Virus record (IMG/VR): IMGVR_UViG_3300042402_003181
Direction: 5' to 3' (one strand)
Source of the DNA: a virus
DNA: 64,000 bases
Notes under the pieces: model-generated
The model's input: the letters and a program-made list of their open reading frames with translations, nothing else
Database searches by the model: none
Told to the model about the DNA's origin: nothing
Part shown: in pieces, positions 29,411-41,600 of the stretch
Numbering within the stretch: position 1 is the first letter of the stretch
How the letters are laid out: every line of letters starts with the position of its first letter
Program-made: the position numbers and the translations under genes

Positions 29411-29770
29411 ATGGCATATTATGTTGGCGGAGACATCGACCAAAGAGAATTATTAGGAACTAATTCTAGATATTTCTATGCATTACGCAGAACAGACGAC
29501 GGGGAATTATATTTTACCCGTGTAAATCAATTAACAGATAACGAAATTGTAGCAATCAATTATTCAGGTGCTATGGACGAAAACTACAACGAATTTGCAC
29601 AAGGTGTGGATTTTTTTGAAGGACGAGATGTACATCACGAATTAGTGTTTGATAATTTACAATATGAACAATACAGATGGGATGATTGCAACTTGTTTTA
29701 CTTTATTGATGACACTGGAAATTTAGTAGTAAGAATGTATTCGGCATATCAGTATCCAACCGGTATATAA
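29411..29770 (+). CDS. Hypothetical acidic/aromatic protein (119 aa)
   Basis: AAGGGA RBS; intact ORF within the late operon. Confidence 0.7.
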   Translation: MAYYVGGDIDQRELLGTNSRYFYALRRTDDGELYFTRVNQLTDNEIVAINYSGAMDENYNEFAQGVDFFEGRDVHHELVFDNLQYEQYRWDDCNLFYFIDDTGNLVVRMYSAYQYPTGI

Positions 29771-29801
29771 CAAATGAATTTACATAATTATGAGGTAAAA
29801 A

Positions 29802-32800
29802 ATGGCTGAGTTTAAATTAGAAAGAATTAGATTTTCATGGGTAGGAGATTGGATAGCTGCTACTTTATTTAGAAAGGACGATATTGTCCGATACGGCGGC
29901 AAATCATATGTCTGTTTAGTTGGCCACACTTCAAGTTCTAATTTTTATACAGACCTTAACTACGTAGATACTGCATCAGAACCAGATATTCCTAAACCAA
30001 AATGGGTACTATGGTTTGACGGTTATGAATTTAGAAATAACTGGACTGGAAGCACGTTGTATAATTTAGGTGACATTGTTAGATACGGAAGTTTAATCTA
30101 TGTATGTAACGAATCACATACTAGTGATCCATTAGGATTAGAATACACATTAAGCAAATGGGTAATATACGCAATTGCTGAAAAATGGGGGAATGCGTGG
30201 CTACCATTAACTAACTATAAAGTTAATGATATTGTAAAAATATCAGGAAATTTATATCGGTGTAATACTACGCATGTGTCAGCATCTACTATTTCAACCG
30301 GTGTTACACCAGATATTGCTAAATGGGATGTTGTATCAACCTCAGAAAATTGGCAATCAAATTGGATACCCGGAGCACGATATGAAATTAATAGTACTGT
30401 TAGATATGGCGGTATTGTTTACTCTTGTGTTACCGGTCATGCTGCAGCTGCAACAGATGCGTTAGGTCTTGAAGCTGATATAGAAAAATGGACTGTTATT
30501 CATGCTGGTATTGATCATAAAGGTATTTTTGCATTAGCAGTTCGATATAAATTAAACGACACTGTAAAATATGGTGCAAATGTATGGATTTGTACAGCAG
30601 GCCATACTTCAGTTTCTACATTTGATCCAAATAACTGGGCAATTTATATCCCAGGTAACGAATATGTTGATCAATGGACTGATATTACACAATATGTTCC
30701 GGGAGATATTGTAAGATACGGCGGATATAGTTATACTTGTCTTAATCACAATCTTAATGTTATCCCATACGGTCATCTACTTGACTGGAGATTATTAACA
30801 ATTGGATTTAAAGTTGTTGGTAATTGGGATAATGTTACTACATTTAAAACTGGTGATCTTGTTCGTCGTAACGGTAGATTATATGTAGCAAATGCTAACA
30901 CTTCCTCGCAAGAACCCACAACTAATTCAGTGTGGACATTAGTTGTACCGGGGGACGAATGGCATAAAGTATGGGTAGTGTCAACAGCTTATGCAGTCGG
31001 TGACATTGTTGATTATGCATCTACATTGTACCGTTGCATTTTAGCGCATATTGCATTAAATTTAATCAAACCGTCAATTGATAACACTTATTGGGAACGA
31101 GTAATAGATGGTGATCCACGCAATCCATTAACATACGCAGGCGATACAGTTTCTTATAACTTAGATGAAAATATAAGAACAGGAATTGGCCAAACAAGTC
31201 AATTGTTTAAATCAGAAATATTACCATATTTTGGCGGTTTTGGAGAAATTGGTTACATATACTACGTATCACCATCAGGAGTTGATGATCCATCTTATGG
31301 TAAAACGTTAGATCTACCATTTAAGACTATTAAATATGCTTGTGATTTTGTTAAAGCTGGTACACAAAATCAAAATGCAAATTTTTTATTAACTTCAAAT
31401 AGAGCATGGGTACTTGCAGAGATGTATCAATGGATGTTATATCAAAAAGCTAATAATATTAGTCCATTTACTGTTAGTTCTGTAATTGATCAATCTAAAA
31501 CAATTCGAGATGCAAGTATTATCTTTAATGCATTATCTTATGATATATCTCGCGGCGGTAATAGCCAACTAGTTACTAATACATACGCATATTTTCAACC
31601 AGGTACTAATTTATTCTTTAATACAGACGTTGCAAATGACATGCCGTATATTATTGCAGCATTAACAAAAATGATATCATTGATTCAAGACGCAGTTTCA
31701 AACTCTGCACCTTTGCAAAGTTATCAATTGTTAAACGGAGTAACTGTTCCTGCATTACAAGTTATTAATCCATCATATCCTCCTGAACTAGGAATTAACA
31801 ACTTAATAACAACATTATCAAACATATTAATTAACGCACTAACTACACAAACAACTTCAAATATACCTAAAATTACCGGCGGGTTAGATGCAACTATTTT
31901 TATTAAAACTGGTACATATTATGAAAATACACCAATTATTGTTCCTGCTGATACTGCATTAGTAGGTGATGAACTTCATAGTACCATTGTACATCCGGCT
32001 ATTGGCAATGAATTAGTTGATATGTTTAGAGTACGAAATGGCACTGGTATAAGAAATATGTCATTAAAAGGATTATCTGGAACATTAGGACCAGCTAATC
32101 AATATTTAACAAAACGTCCATCTGCAGGTGCTTATGTTAGTTTAGATGGTGGTGCAGGACCGGCTGATTCATCAACTTGGATTACTACAAGATCGCCGTA
32201 TATTCAAAATGTTACAAACTTTGGTGTGGGTTGTGTTGGTTTAAAAATTGATGGAAATTTACACGGTGGTGGGAATAAATCTATTGTAGCAAACGATTTT
32301 ACACAAGTATTAAGTGACGGAATTGGCGTTTGGTGTACCGGATCTAACGCATTAGTTGAATTAGTATCTGTGTTTTCATATTATGGACATATTGGATATT
32401 TAGCAGAAAATGGTGGTAGAATCCGTGCTACTAATGGTAATAGTTCATATGGTAACTACGGTACGGTTGCGGAAGGGTACGATTTATCAGAAACTCCTCA
32501 ATTAGGAACTATTAATAATAGAACACAAGAAGCACAAGTTGCGTCAGTAGTTGCAGGTGAATCTCAAAATAAAATTATATTATTAGAATATTTAACAGCT
32601 GGGCAAAATTATACAGCAGCGGCATATTCGTTTGCAGGTTCCGGTACTGGAGCAATTGCAGTTGCTGATGAATTTAGAGATCGCGCAATCTTTGAAAATA
32701 AAATATATGGAACAGAAATATCTGCAGGTGGCGACGGGTATTCTACAGCAAGCAACCATGCACAAACCGGTGATGCAACTACAATTACAATTGCGTCAAA

Positions 32801-35546
32801 TGACACTAATCTTGCTGTAAATTATATAGGCATGCGAATTGTATTAACTAGCGGAACCGGTGTTGGACAATACGGGTATATTCAGGCATATGACGAAATT
32901 GGAAAAGTTGCAACGGTATATAACGAACAAACGGGATTAATTGGGTGGAATCACATGATTCCGGGTACTGTAATTTTATCAGAACTTGATGCTACTACTG
33001 TATACAATATTGAACCTCGTGTTACATTTTCAACACCGTTATACTCATCAACTGCAGTTACTTTACCGGCTGCATCTTGGACAGGTGTGGTATATGGCAA
33101 TGGCAAATTTGTAAGCGTTGCATCGTTTTCAAATGCAGCATATTCAACTGACGGTACAACATGGTCTGTAGGATCAAATTTCCCAAGTTTAATATCCCCA
33201 ACGGTAGCATATACAAATGGAATATTTGTCTCTGTAAATGCAACTACTACATCATACGCATTCTCAAATGACGGTATTACATGGGACTCGGGTACTTTTT
33301 CAACAGGCGCATCGTATTCAAATGTAATTGCAGTTGGTACTACATTTGTAGTTGTGAGTTATAGTACTACTGAATTATTAGTATCATCTAATGGTGTATC
33401 ATGGGCTCCTGTAGCTGCTACTGGCATACAATCTGGAAAAATTGCATACGGTGCTAGCACGTATGTATCGTTTGCTAGTGGTAGTACAAATGCAGCTGCA
33501 TATTCAACTAATGGAACAACTTGGACTAGCGTAACATTACCAACAACTGCAACATGGGCAAGCATTACATATGGTAATGGTAGATTTATTGCTATTGCAA
33601 CTTCAGGAACATCAGTTGTTTATTCATTAGATGGTATTACTTGGGTAGCATCTGCTGTGTTAACTGCAGCAGCGTGGACATCTATTGCATACGGGCAAGG
33701 TGTGTTTGTTGCAGTTGCAACCGGAACAAATACAATTGCTACAACACAAGACGGAATAGTATGGATTACTCGAAGTATTTTAGCATCTAATCAATGGTCA
33801 GCGGTTGCATTTGGAAATCCATCATCATTAAGACAATTCATTGCAGTAGCAACCGCCGGTTCATCTGCAGGTAGACAAATACTAGCAGGTGCTCAATCGT
33901 TTGGTAGAGCAGTAATTGCATCCGGAAAAATTGGTAGCATTAATATTTGGGAACCTGGCAGCGGATATTCACTAACTCCAACTGTAGTGCAATTTGTTGG
34001 TTCTATCTCTAATACAACATTATCTGTTACTTATGTAATATCAGGTGCTCTTGCTGCAGGCTTGTTTTTAGGCGGCGGTCGAGGTAATATATCTGCTAAT
34101 ACGTCTATTACTACAGTAAATAATGCAGTATTTACTGGGTTTATATCAAATACATCTTTAACTATTGTTTCAATAGTTTCAGGAACTGTTACGTTTGGCA
34201 TGGTAATCGATAACGGAGCAGCAAGTTCCGGTACAACTATTACAGGAACAATCACTGCAGTATTTACTGGATCAATAACCGGAACTACGCTAACTGTAAC
34301 TGGAATGACTTCTGGAGTTATTTCTGCAGGCATGGTGTTAACCGGTGGCGCTATACCTGCAGAAGTGTTTATTGTTTCAAATATAGCAGGAGCAGGGATC
34401 AATAGTACATGGTTAATCAATACAACTGTTAGTCAATCTTCTACATTGATAACTGGAACAAAATACACAGTTGAAAATGGACAAATTAATGGTTCGCCAA
34501 GTCTAACAGTTACATTTAATGCAGTTAACTACACTATAAGTTTAACTCAAACGGTTGCGTCTGCTAATATGTTTGCGTACACATTAGGATCTGCAGTAGT
34601 AACTCTTACTGCACCAGATGCCATAACAACAGTAATTGTAAATTGTAGAACTGCAGACGGTGTCTTAGGGAATCCTTCTTTTACAAATCGAGGAAATAAT
34701 TATCAAACTTCAACTACAAGTTGTACAATTAGCGGTAACGGATTTGCAGATATTCCAAGTATTTCTAAATATGTTTATGTTAGCGGGTTGGACGCAGCAC
34801 CTAGTCCAGGAGCTAGTATTGCAATTTCCGGAAACTCAACACAATTTAAAATTGTTAACATTACTCTAATTTCAACAGGTACTTATTATTTTCAAATTGC
34901 ACCTGCACTTACTAGAATGACTGCTCCGGTTCATGCCACTGCAGTTGAAATTAGACAAAAATACAGTCAAGTTCGGTTAACTGGTCACGACTTTTTGTTA
35001 ATTGGAACCGGTAATAAAGAATCGACTAATTTTCCTAATACTGATATTACGTTAGCATTACAGGCATATCAAGTTCAAGAAAATAATCAAGGACGGGTAT
35101 TTGTAACTGCAACTGATCAAGACGGTAACTTTAAAGTAGGTGGGCAATTTGCAGTACAACAAGCAACTGGTATTGTTACAATTTCGGCAGATTTATTTAA
35201 CCTAGCAGGATTAAATCAAATTACATTAGGCGGCGTGCAAATTGGACAAAACACTGTTACAATTACGCAATTTTCAACCGACTCTTACTTTACTGCAAAT
35301 AGTGATAACATTGTCCCTACACAAAAAGCTATTAAATCTTATTTGGCTAGACTAATTAGTAGCGGTGGTGCAAATGCAATGACGTCTATTTTAACTGCTG
35401 GTACAGTCGGTATCGGCCCGCAACGCATTTTTTCATCGTCAAACGATACTATTGTAATGAATAACAATGTTAATTTCACAGGCGGGATTGCCGGTACTAT
35501 GTTAGCATTGCAATATTTTATGCAATCACCTGGATCTACTGACTAA
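29802..35546 (+). CDS. Giant virion structural protein (1,914 aa), paralog of the 35605 gene
   Basis: N-terminal CBM5/12-like repeats (W...Y..GD.V.Y.G..Y), a beta-helix-like core, Asp-box repeats (S.DG.TW), and a shared C-terminus YSQVRLTGHDFL...TDQDGNF...PTQKAIKSY. Confidence 0.85.
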   Translation: MAEFKLERIRFSWVGDWIAATLFRKDDIVRYGGKSYVCLVGHTSSSNFYTDLNYVDTASEPDIPKPKWVLWFDGYEFRNNWTGSTLYNLGDIVRYGSLIYVCNESHTSDPLGLEYTLSKWVIYAIAEKWGNAWLPLTNYKVNDIVKISGNLYRCNTTHVSASTISTGVTPDIAKWDVVSTSENWQSNWIPGARYEINSTVRYGGIVYSCVTGHAAAATDALGLEADIEKWTVIHAGIDHKGIFALAVRYKLNDTVKYGANVWICTAGHTSVSTFDPNNWAIYIPGNEYVDQWTDITQYVPGDIVRYGGYSYTCLNHNLNVIPYGHLLDWRLLTIGFKVVGNWDNVTTFKTGDLVRRNGRLYVANANTSSQEPTTNSVWTLVVPGDEWHKVWVVSTAYAVGDIVDYASTLYRCILAHIALNLIKPSIDNTYWERVIDGDPRNPLTYAGDTVSYNLDENIRTGIGQTSQLFKSEILPYFGGFGEIGYIYYVSPSGVDDPSYGKTLDLPFKTIKYACDFVKAGTQNQNANFLLTSNRAWVLAEMYQWMLYQKANNISPFTVSSVIDQSKTIRDASIIFNALSYDISRGGNSQLVTNTYAYFQPGTNLFFNTDVANDMPYIIAALTKMISLIQDAVSNSAPLQSYQLLNGVTVPALQVINPSYPPELGINNLITTLSNILINALTTQTTSNIPKITGGLDATIFIKTGTYYENTPIIVPADTALVGDELHSTIVHPAIGNELVDMFRVRNGTGIRNMSLKGLSGTLGPANQYLTKRPSAGAYVSLDGGAGPADSSTWITTRSPYIQNVTNFGVGCVGLKIDGNLHGGGNKSIVANDFTQVLSDGIGVWCTGSNALVELVSVFSYYGHIGYLAENGGRIRATNGNSSYGNYGTVAEGYDLSETPQLGTINNRTQEAQVASVVAGESQNKIILLEYLTAGQNYTAAAYSFAGSGTGAIAVADEFRDRAIFENKIYGTEISAGGDGYSTASNHAQTGDATTITIASNDTNLAVNYIGMRIVLTSGTGVGQYGYIQAYDEIGKVATVYNEQTGLIGWNHMIPGTVILSELDATTVYNIEPRVTFSTPLYSSTAVTLPAASWTGVVYGNGKFVSVASFSNAAYSTDGTTWSVGSNFPSLISPTVAYTNGIFVSVNATTTSYAFSNDGITWDSGTFSTGASYSNVIAVGTTFVVVSYSTTELLVSSNGVSWAPVAATGIQSGKIAYGASTYVSFASGSTNAAAYSTNGTTWTSVTLPTTATWASITYGNGRFIAIATSGTSVVYSLDGITWVASAVLTAAAWTSIAYGQGVFVAVATGTNTIATTQDGIVWITRSILASNQWSAVAFGNPSSLRQFIAVATAGSSAGRQILAGAQSFGRAVIASGKIGSINIWEPGSGYSLTPTVVQFVGSISNTTLSVTYVISGALAAGLFLGGGRGNISANTSITTVNNAVFTGFISNTSLTIVSIVSGTVTFGMVIDNGAASSGTTITGTITAVFTGSITGTTLTVTGMTSGVISAGMVLTGGAIPAEVFIVSNIAGAGINSTWLINTTVSQSSTLITGTKYTVENGQINGSPSLTVTFNAVNYTISLTQTVASANMFAYTLGSAVVTLTAPDAITTVIVNCRTADGVLGNPSFTNRGNNYQTSTTSCTISGNGFADIPSISKYVYVSGLDAAPSPGASIAISGNSTQFKIVNITLISTGTYYFQIAPALTRMTAPVHATAVEIRQKYSQVRLTGHDFLLIGTGNKESTNFPNTDITLALQAYQVQENNQGRVFVTATDQDGNFKVGGQFAVQQATGIVTISADLFNLAGLNQITLGGVQIGQNTVTITQFSTDSYFTANSDNIVPTQKAIKSYLARLISSGGANAMTSILTAGTVGIGPQRIFSSSNDTIVMNNNVNFTGGIAGTMLALQYFMQSPGSTD
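31370..31860 (+). repeat. Degenerate copy of the CxRD helical repeat (Cys replaced by Thr)
   Basis: NANFLLTSNRAWVLAEM...QSKTIRDASIIFNALSYDISRGGN; Thr codon at 31500. Confidence 0.6.
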
Positions 35547-35572
35547 ATATTGAAAATTAGTAATATCAAATG

Positions 35573-35580
35573 AATAAATA
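35573..35580 (+). promoter_or_regulatory. Late promoter-like element (AATAAATA)
   Basis: Intergenic, 24 nt before the ATG at 35605; a second CTAAATA lies at 35543-35549. Confidence 0.5.
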
Positions 35581-35604
35581 TAATAAAGAATTTTGGAGCA
35601 TTGA

Positions 35605-38600
35605 ATGGCTGAATTTAAACTAGGTAGAATACGATTCATATGGAAAGATGAGTGGACTCCATCCACATCTTATCTACGAGATGATGTTGTTAGAAACGGT
35701 GGTAAAGCATACGTTTGTATAGCAGGGCATACTAGCTCTGTTTTGTTTACAACTGATTTAACCGGTATTCCTACAAAATGGAATCAAGTATCTGACGGTA
35801 CTACATGGAGATCAAACTGGACAGTTAACACATATTACAATTTAAATGATTTAGTAAAATATGGTGGAATTGTATATATCTGTAATAATAGTCACAACTC
35901 TGCAGCAACTCTTGTATTAGGCCTTGAAGCAAATCAAAGCAATTGGACATTATATGCAACTAGCTTTGATTGGAAATCAACTTGGACAGTATCAACAAGA
36001 TATAAAAAGAATGATGTTGTAAAATATAGTGGTAGAAATTATGTGTGTAATGCTGGTCATACTTCTGCAGCAACATCTGCGCTGGGTCTTGAAAATGATC
36101 AAGGTAAATGGGATTTATTTACTGATGGTTTTACATGGTTAACTGATTGGACAGTATCAACAAGATATAAAGTAAATGATGTTGTAAAGTATGGAGGACA
36201 GACATATGTGTGTAATGCTGGTCATACTTCTGCAGCAACCGCTACGTTAGGTCTTGAAAATGATCAAGGTAAATGGGATTATTTCCATAAAGGTGTTAAT
36301 TATTTAGGTCAATGGAGTGGAAGTTCTGTTCGTTATACAGTTAATGACTTAGTAAACTACGGTGCCGATGTTTGGATATGTACAACATACCATACATCAT
36401 CTACACTATTTGAAGAATCAAACTGGGCAAGATTTGTTGAAGGGTTAACTTATGAAGATTCATGGGATAACGCAACACTTTATCAGCCTGGAGATATTGT
36501 TGGGTACGGTGGTTATTCATATATTAGTAAAACTAATAATTCAAATAAAACTCCTACTGCTAACGCAAGTGATTGGTCTTTATTTACAACCGGATTTTCG
36601 TTTATTGGAGATTGGGCATCTGGGCAATCATATTTAGTTGGTGATGTTTTACGAAATGGTGCGTACACTTACGTAGTTACAGCTGATCACACTTCTGCAT
36701 CTAACAATCAACCACCAAATGTTACTTATTGGTCAAGATTAAACTCAGGGGTAAAATGGGCAAATACTAATAAGACATATACTGCATTAGCAGGTACAAA
36801 CATAACAGCTGCTGGCAGCTCTGCAACATTTGATGTTAGTACAATTGGTACTTCTTACACTGTTACTAAAAATGCAGGTGGTACTGGATATGCTGCAAAT
36901 ACAACCATTAAGATATTAGGTACACAAGTTGGCGGGTTATCACCGTTTAATGACGTGTTAATTACTGTTGCTACTGTTTCGGGTAATGCAATTGCTACTA
37001 TTACAGCAACTGGCTATGCAGCAACATGGGATACTAGTGTTAACTATGTGTTAGGCGATACTATAAGTGTTGGACCAAACAGTTATATTTGTATTTTAGC
37101 ACATACAAGTGCAAGTGGTAACAGACCGGATGTTGATGTATCAGGACAGTACTGGAATGTGATTGCTGCGGGTGCGCAAGACTCGGTGTTAACAACAGCT
37201 GGTGATATACCATACATGAGTCAAAGTGGTCCTACACGATTAGCAATCGGTGACCCTGGTCAGGTGTTAAAAGTTTCACCAACGTTACTACCATCGTGGG
37301 GATATTTTGGTGTTATTGATCAAATTTATTATGTTGGGCAGACTGGCTTAAATAATCCAGCACCAAGTTATGGCGCAACTTTAGATCGTCCGTGGTTAAC
37401 TGTTAGATATGCAGCTGAACAAGTTACAAACGGACCATTAAATCCAAATGCAAAATATTTCTTAACAAATAACCGGGCATATATTCAAAAAGAAGTTATT
37501 GGATGGATTAATTCACAAATAACTAATAATACACTACCATTTACATCAGCATTTACTTATAATGAAAGTAAATGTGAGCGTGATATTGGCTATGTAGTTG
37601 ATGCGTTAGCTTATGACTTATCGCATGGTGGCAATGCTAAAGTTGTAGAAGTTGCTCAATCGTATGTATCCGGAAGTTACACTGTATTAGGTACCCAATC
37701 AAGCCAAGATGTTGCTGGATATAACTATATGTTGTCTGTTATTAATTCAGTAATTGCAAGTACTTCACCAAATACTTCATATCAAGCAACAGTAACAAGA
37801 GTTTCAAATAATCTTAAACCTGTTGAACCTGGCGTAGTTACATTGTTATCAAATTTAGTAGGTGTTATCACAGCAGCAATTACTGCCGGTGTAAGTACAA
37901 ATATTCCGGCGGTTGTTAGTACAACTTATTCTATTTTTGTTAAAACAGGGATTTACTATGAAACACTTCCAATTATTGTTCCAGATAATACGTCAATTAT
38001 TGGAGACGAATTACGATCAACAAATATTAGACCGTCCCCGTCGTTAATTGCAAGTAACGATATTGCAAAATCAATTTCAGCAGTTACATATATTCAATCA
38101 ATTACGTCAGATATTATATCAAACACTACAGTTGCATCGCCGTATCAGGTTACAGTTTCTCAAGATGTGCATTTGCCAGCAGGATCTGTCGGTAGTACGT
38201 CTGCAGTAACTGCAGTATCGGAAAATGCCGATGTAATGTACACAATTCTCAATGGCGGTACAGTGTCAGCACCTCCTTATACATACACCGACCCAACAAG
38301 TTATAATACTGGATTTTTAAATGCTAGACGATTAATTAATGCTAACAAACAATTTTTAAAAGATGAAGTTACTGCATTTATGGTACTTAATTACAGTTCA
38401 ATATGGACTATGTTAGGTCCAGCAGGTCAAGCATCATGTACGCGTGATATTGGCTATATTGTTGATGCAGTATACTACGATTTAACATACGGGACTACTC
38501 TTATTCCTTGTAATTTAGCTACAACAATTGTTGCAAGATCATATTATAGCAATAATAATTTTGTTGAATTAATTACTGAAAAACCTGCAGCATTGGCTGT

Positions 38601-41600
38601 TCAAGATAGAATTAAAACAATTATCGCAAGCATTGCACAAGGCACTGCGATTACTAGAACTACCGGAAACACTACTACGCAAGATGTTAGTGGTTCGGGA
38701 GGTTCGACGAATGCTGGTACATTTGCACAAGATCGTATTCAAGAAATTTATAATACTATAAACACCGGAATTACACCAACATTACTTGCACCAACAACAA
38801 GTTGGGTTGCTAGCGGTCTAGTTGCAGCAAATACTGCATTACAAGCAGCAAAATCACAAATACAACTTGATTGTCTAGCGTATGTTAAAGCGCATAATGC
38901 AACATTATTGTTTAATCAAACTACGTGTTCGCGAGATGTTGGATATATGATTGACGCAATTGGGTATGATATGATGTTTGGAAGTAATTTCTTATCATGT
39001 CAAACTGGCATGTCGTATTACAGAGCAGTAGCGTCGGCACAAATTGTATTATCAGGACAAAAATCTGCAACTTTAGGAATGATAACGTTCTTAAAATATA
39101 CTGCAAAATATATTGCAGCATCGGGATCAGCAGCACTTGCTAATGCATTGTGGACAGATGTTATTGCAAATATGAGCGGAACAAGTGTTCCAAATGCAGG
39201 CAGCAACTTTACAAATGCAAGTAATGACGCAATTAATGGCGCATATCAGTTGCTTGCAAATGCTGATTTTCTTGCAGCTGAATCAGTTGCGTATATTAAT
39301 ACATTTAATACTACTGTTACTGCAAGTTCAACTACTACATTCACATGTACAAGCACCAGTTGGATGGTAGCCGGAGACAAAATTACATTTACTGGATCAA
39401 TATTTGGTGGAATTAATTTAAGTGTTAACTATTATATTCATACAGTAGTTAACGGAGTTTCGTTTAAAATTTCATCTACAGTAGGTGGATCTGCAGAAAC
39501 CTTAACTACTGGTACTGGATCTATGATTGTTTCTTATGTTTATGATCCAATTTCGTGTGCAAGAGATATGAAAATTTTAGTAACTTCAGTTGCTAATGAC
39601 ATTATTAATATTGGAAATTATTCATCTCAATGGAGTGCAGCGTGTTATTCAACTGCAGTATCTGGTTCTCTGTTATCTGATATGTTCTATGTTAGAAATT
39701 CAACAGGTATTAGGAATTTAACAGTACAGGGATTAACTGGCACTTTAGGACCTGTAAATAGCTATGGTACAAAACGTCCAACTGCTGGCGCATATGTTAG
39801 TTTAGACCCAGGTTGGGGACCAAATGATAGACGTACCTGGATTACATCACGGTCACCGTATATTCAAAATGTTACAACATTTGGTACAGGGTGTATTGGG
39901 TTAAAGATTGATGGAACTATACACAGTGGCGGAAACCGTTCTGTTGTAGCAAACGACTTTACTCAAATTTTAAGTGACGGTATTGGTGTTTGGTGTACTG
40001 GTTCACAATCATTAACTGAATTAGTATCTGTGTTTTCGTACTACGGATATATGGGATACTTAGCTGAGAACGGCGGTAAAATTCGTGCTACTAATGGTAA
40101 CAGCTCGTATGGTACGTATGGCACAGTTGCTGAAGGTGTTGATATTTATGAAACTCCATTGATTGCAACGGTTAACAATTATGCTAACCAAGCACTTATT
40201 ACTAATGTAATAACTAACGCAGTTGATAGAATTTACAGAGTTGAATTCTTAAATGCTGGTACAAAGTACAATACTGCTACATTTTCATTTAGTGGAACAG
40301 GTTACGGTGCAGTATCAGTTGCTAACGAATTTAGAGATAACGCAGTGTTTGAAACAAAATTGTTATCAAATGGTGAAAATTATGTAACATCTGCTAACAC
40401 TGGACAGTCAGGCAATACTACATCAATAACCATTGCTGCAGTTGATTTGGCAATTAATTCAACATATATTGGAATGAGCATTCAAATAACTAGTGGTTTA
40501 GGAACAGGACAATACGGCTATATTGTAAGATATAATTCAGGATCTAAAGTAGCAATGGTTGCAAAAGAAAGTTTCAGTGCAATAGTTGCAACCGGAACGA
40601 CTGTTACTTCAAATCTAATCACAGTTCCGAGTACTGCTACATTATATGTTAACATGCCGGTTATATTTACCGGAACTGCAATTGGTGGATTAGCAGTTGG
40701 AACAGTGTACTATGTAATTTCTACAGGATTTACATCAACTCAATTTTCAGTTAGCACAAGCGTTGGAGGATCAGCAGTTACTTTATCGACAATAACTGCA
40801 AGTACAATGACTTTAAATGCTGCAGGATGGGATCATGTGGTATCAGGTACTCCAATTCTAGCAGCGTTAGATACTACCTCATCGTATATAATTGAACCAA
40901 GAGTACAATTTGCAAGTCCTGGTTATTCTGCAACGTCAGTAACACAACAAAATGCTGCATGGATTGATTCAATTTACGGGGATATTAATACTACGTATAC
41001 AGCAGTATCACCGACTGGGGGTGCTGGTACAAGTGCAACATTTAATATAGTTAAAACTGGTGTATCATATGCAGTTACTTTAAATGCAGGCGGTATTAAT
41101 TATGTTAAAGACAATGTATTAACTATATTAGGTACGAGTTTAGGCGGAGCTGCTCCATTAAACAACTTAACGATTACTGTAAATAACGTTGTAAACGGTG
41201 TTATTAGTAACTTTACATATAACGGTTTAGGAGCTGGCGGTAATTATGTTGCAATCGCAGGTTCAGGTACATTAACTCAATATAGTGTTGATGGTACTAA
41301 TTGGGTCACAGGAGGAGCTCTTCCAGTTAGTTCGTCATGGACTGCAGTAACTTATGGTACATTAAGCGGAGTAGGTACATGGGTTGCAGTACAAAACGGA
41401 TCATTAAATACTGCAAAAAGTGTAGATGGCGGCGCAACATGGTCAAGTGCAGGATCGTTATCAACAACAGGTAATTGGTCAGATGTTGCATACGGCAATA
41501 ATAGATACATTGCAGTGTTATCCGGATCAGCTACTGCTAATATTACATCAAATGCTACTGTATGGACATCAACTGGTGCATTACCTACGCCTACTACGTG

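Noticed and set aside
37440-39670. CxRD repeats as a captured cpcA/apc photosynthesis gene
   Set aside because: They are embedded domains within giant structural ORFs and lack the N-terminal X/Y helices (MKTP...D.QGRFL) of true phycobiliproteins. They are kept as a domain-level finding instead.
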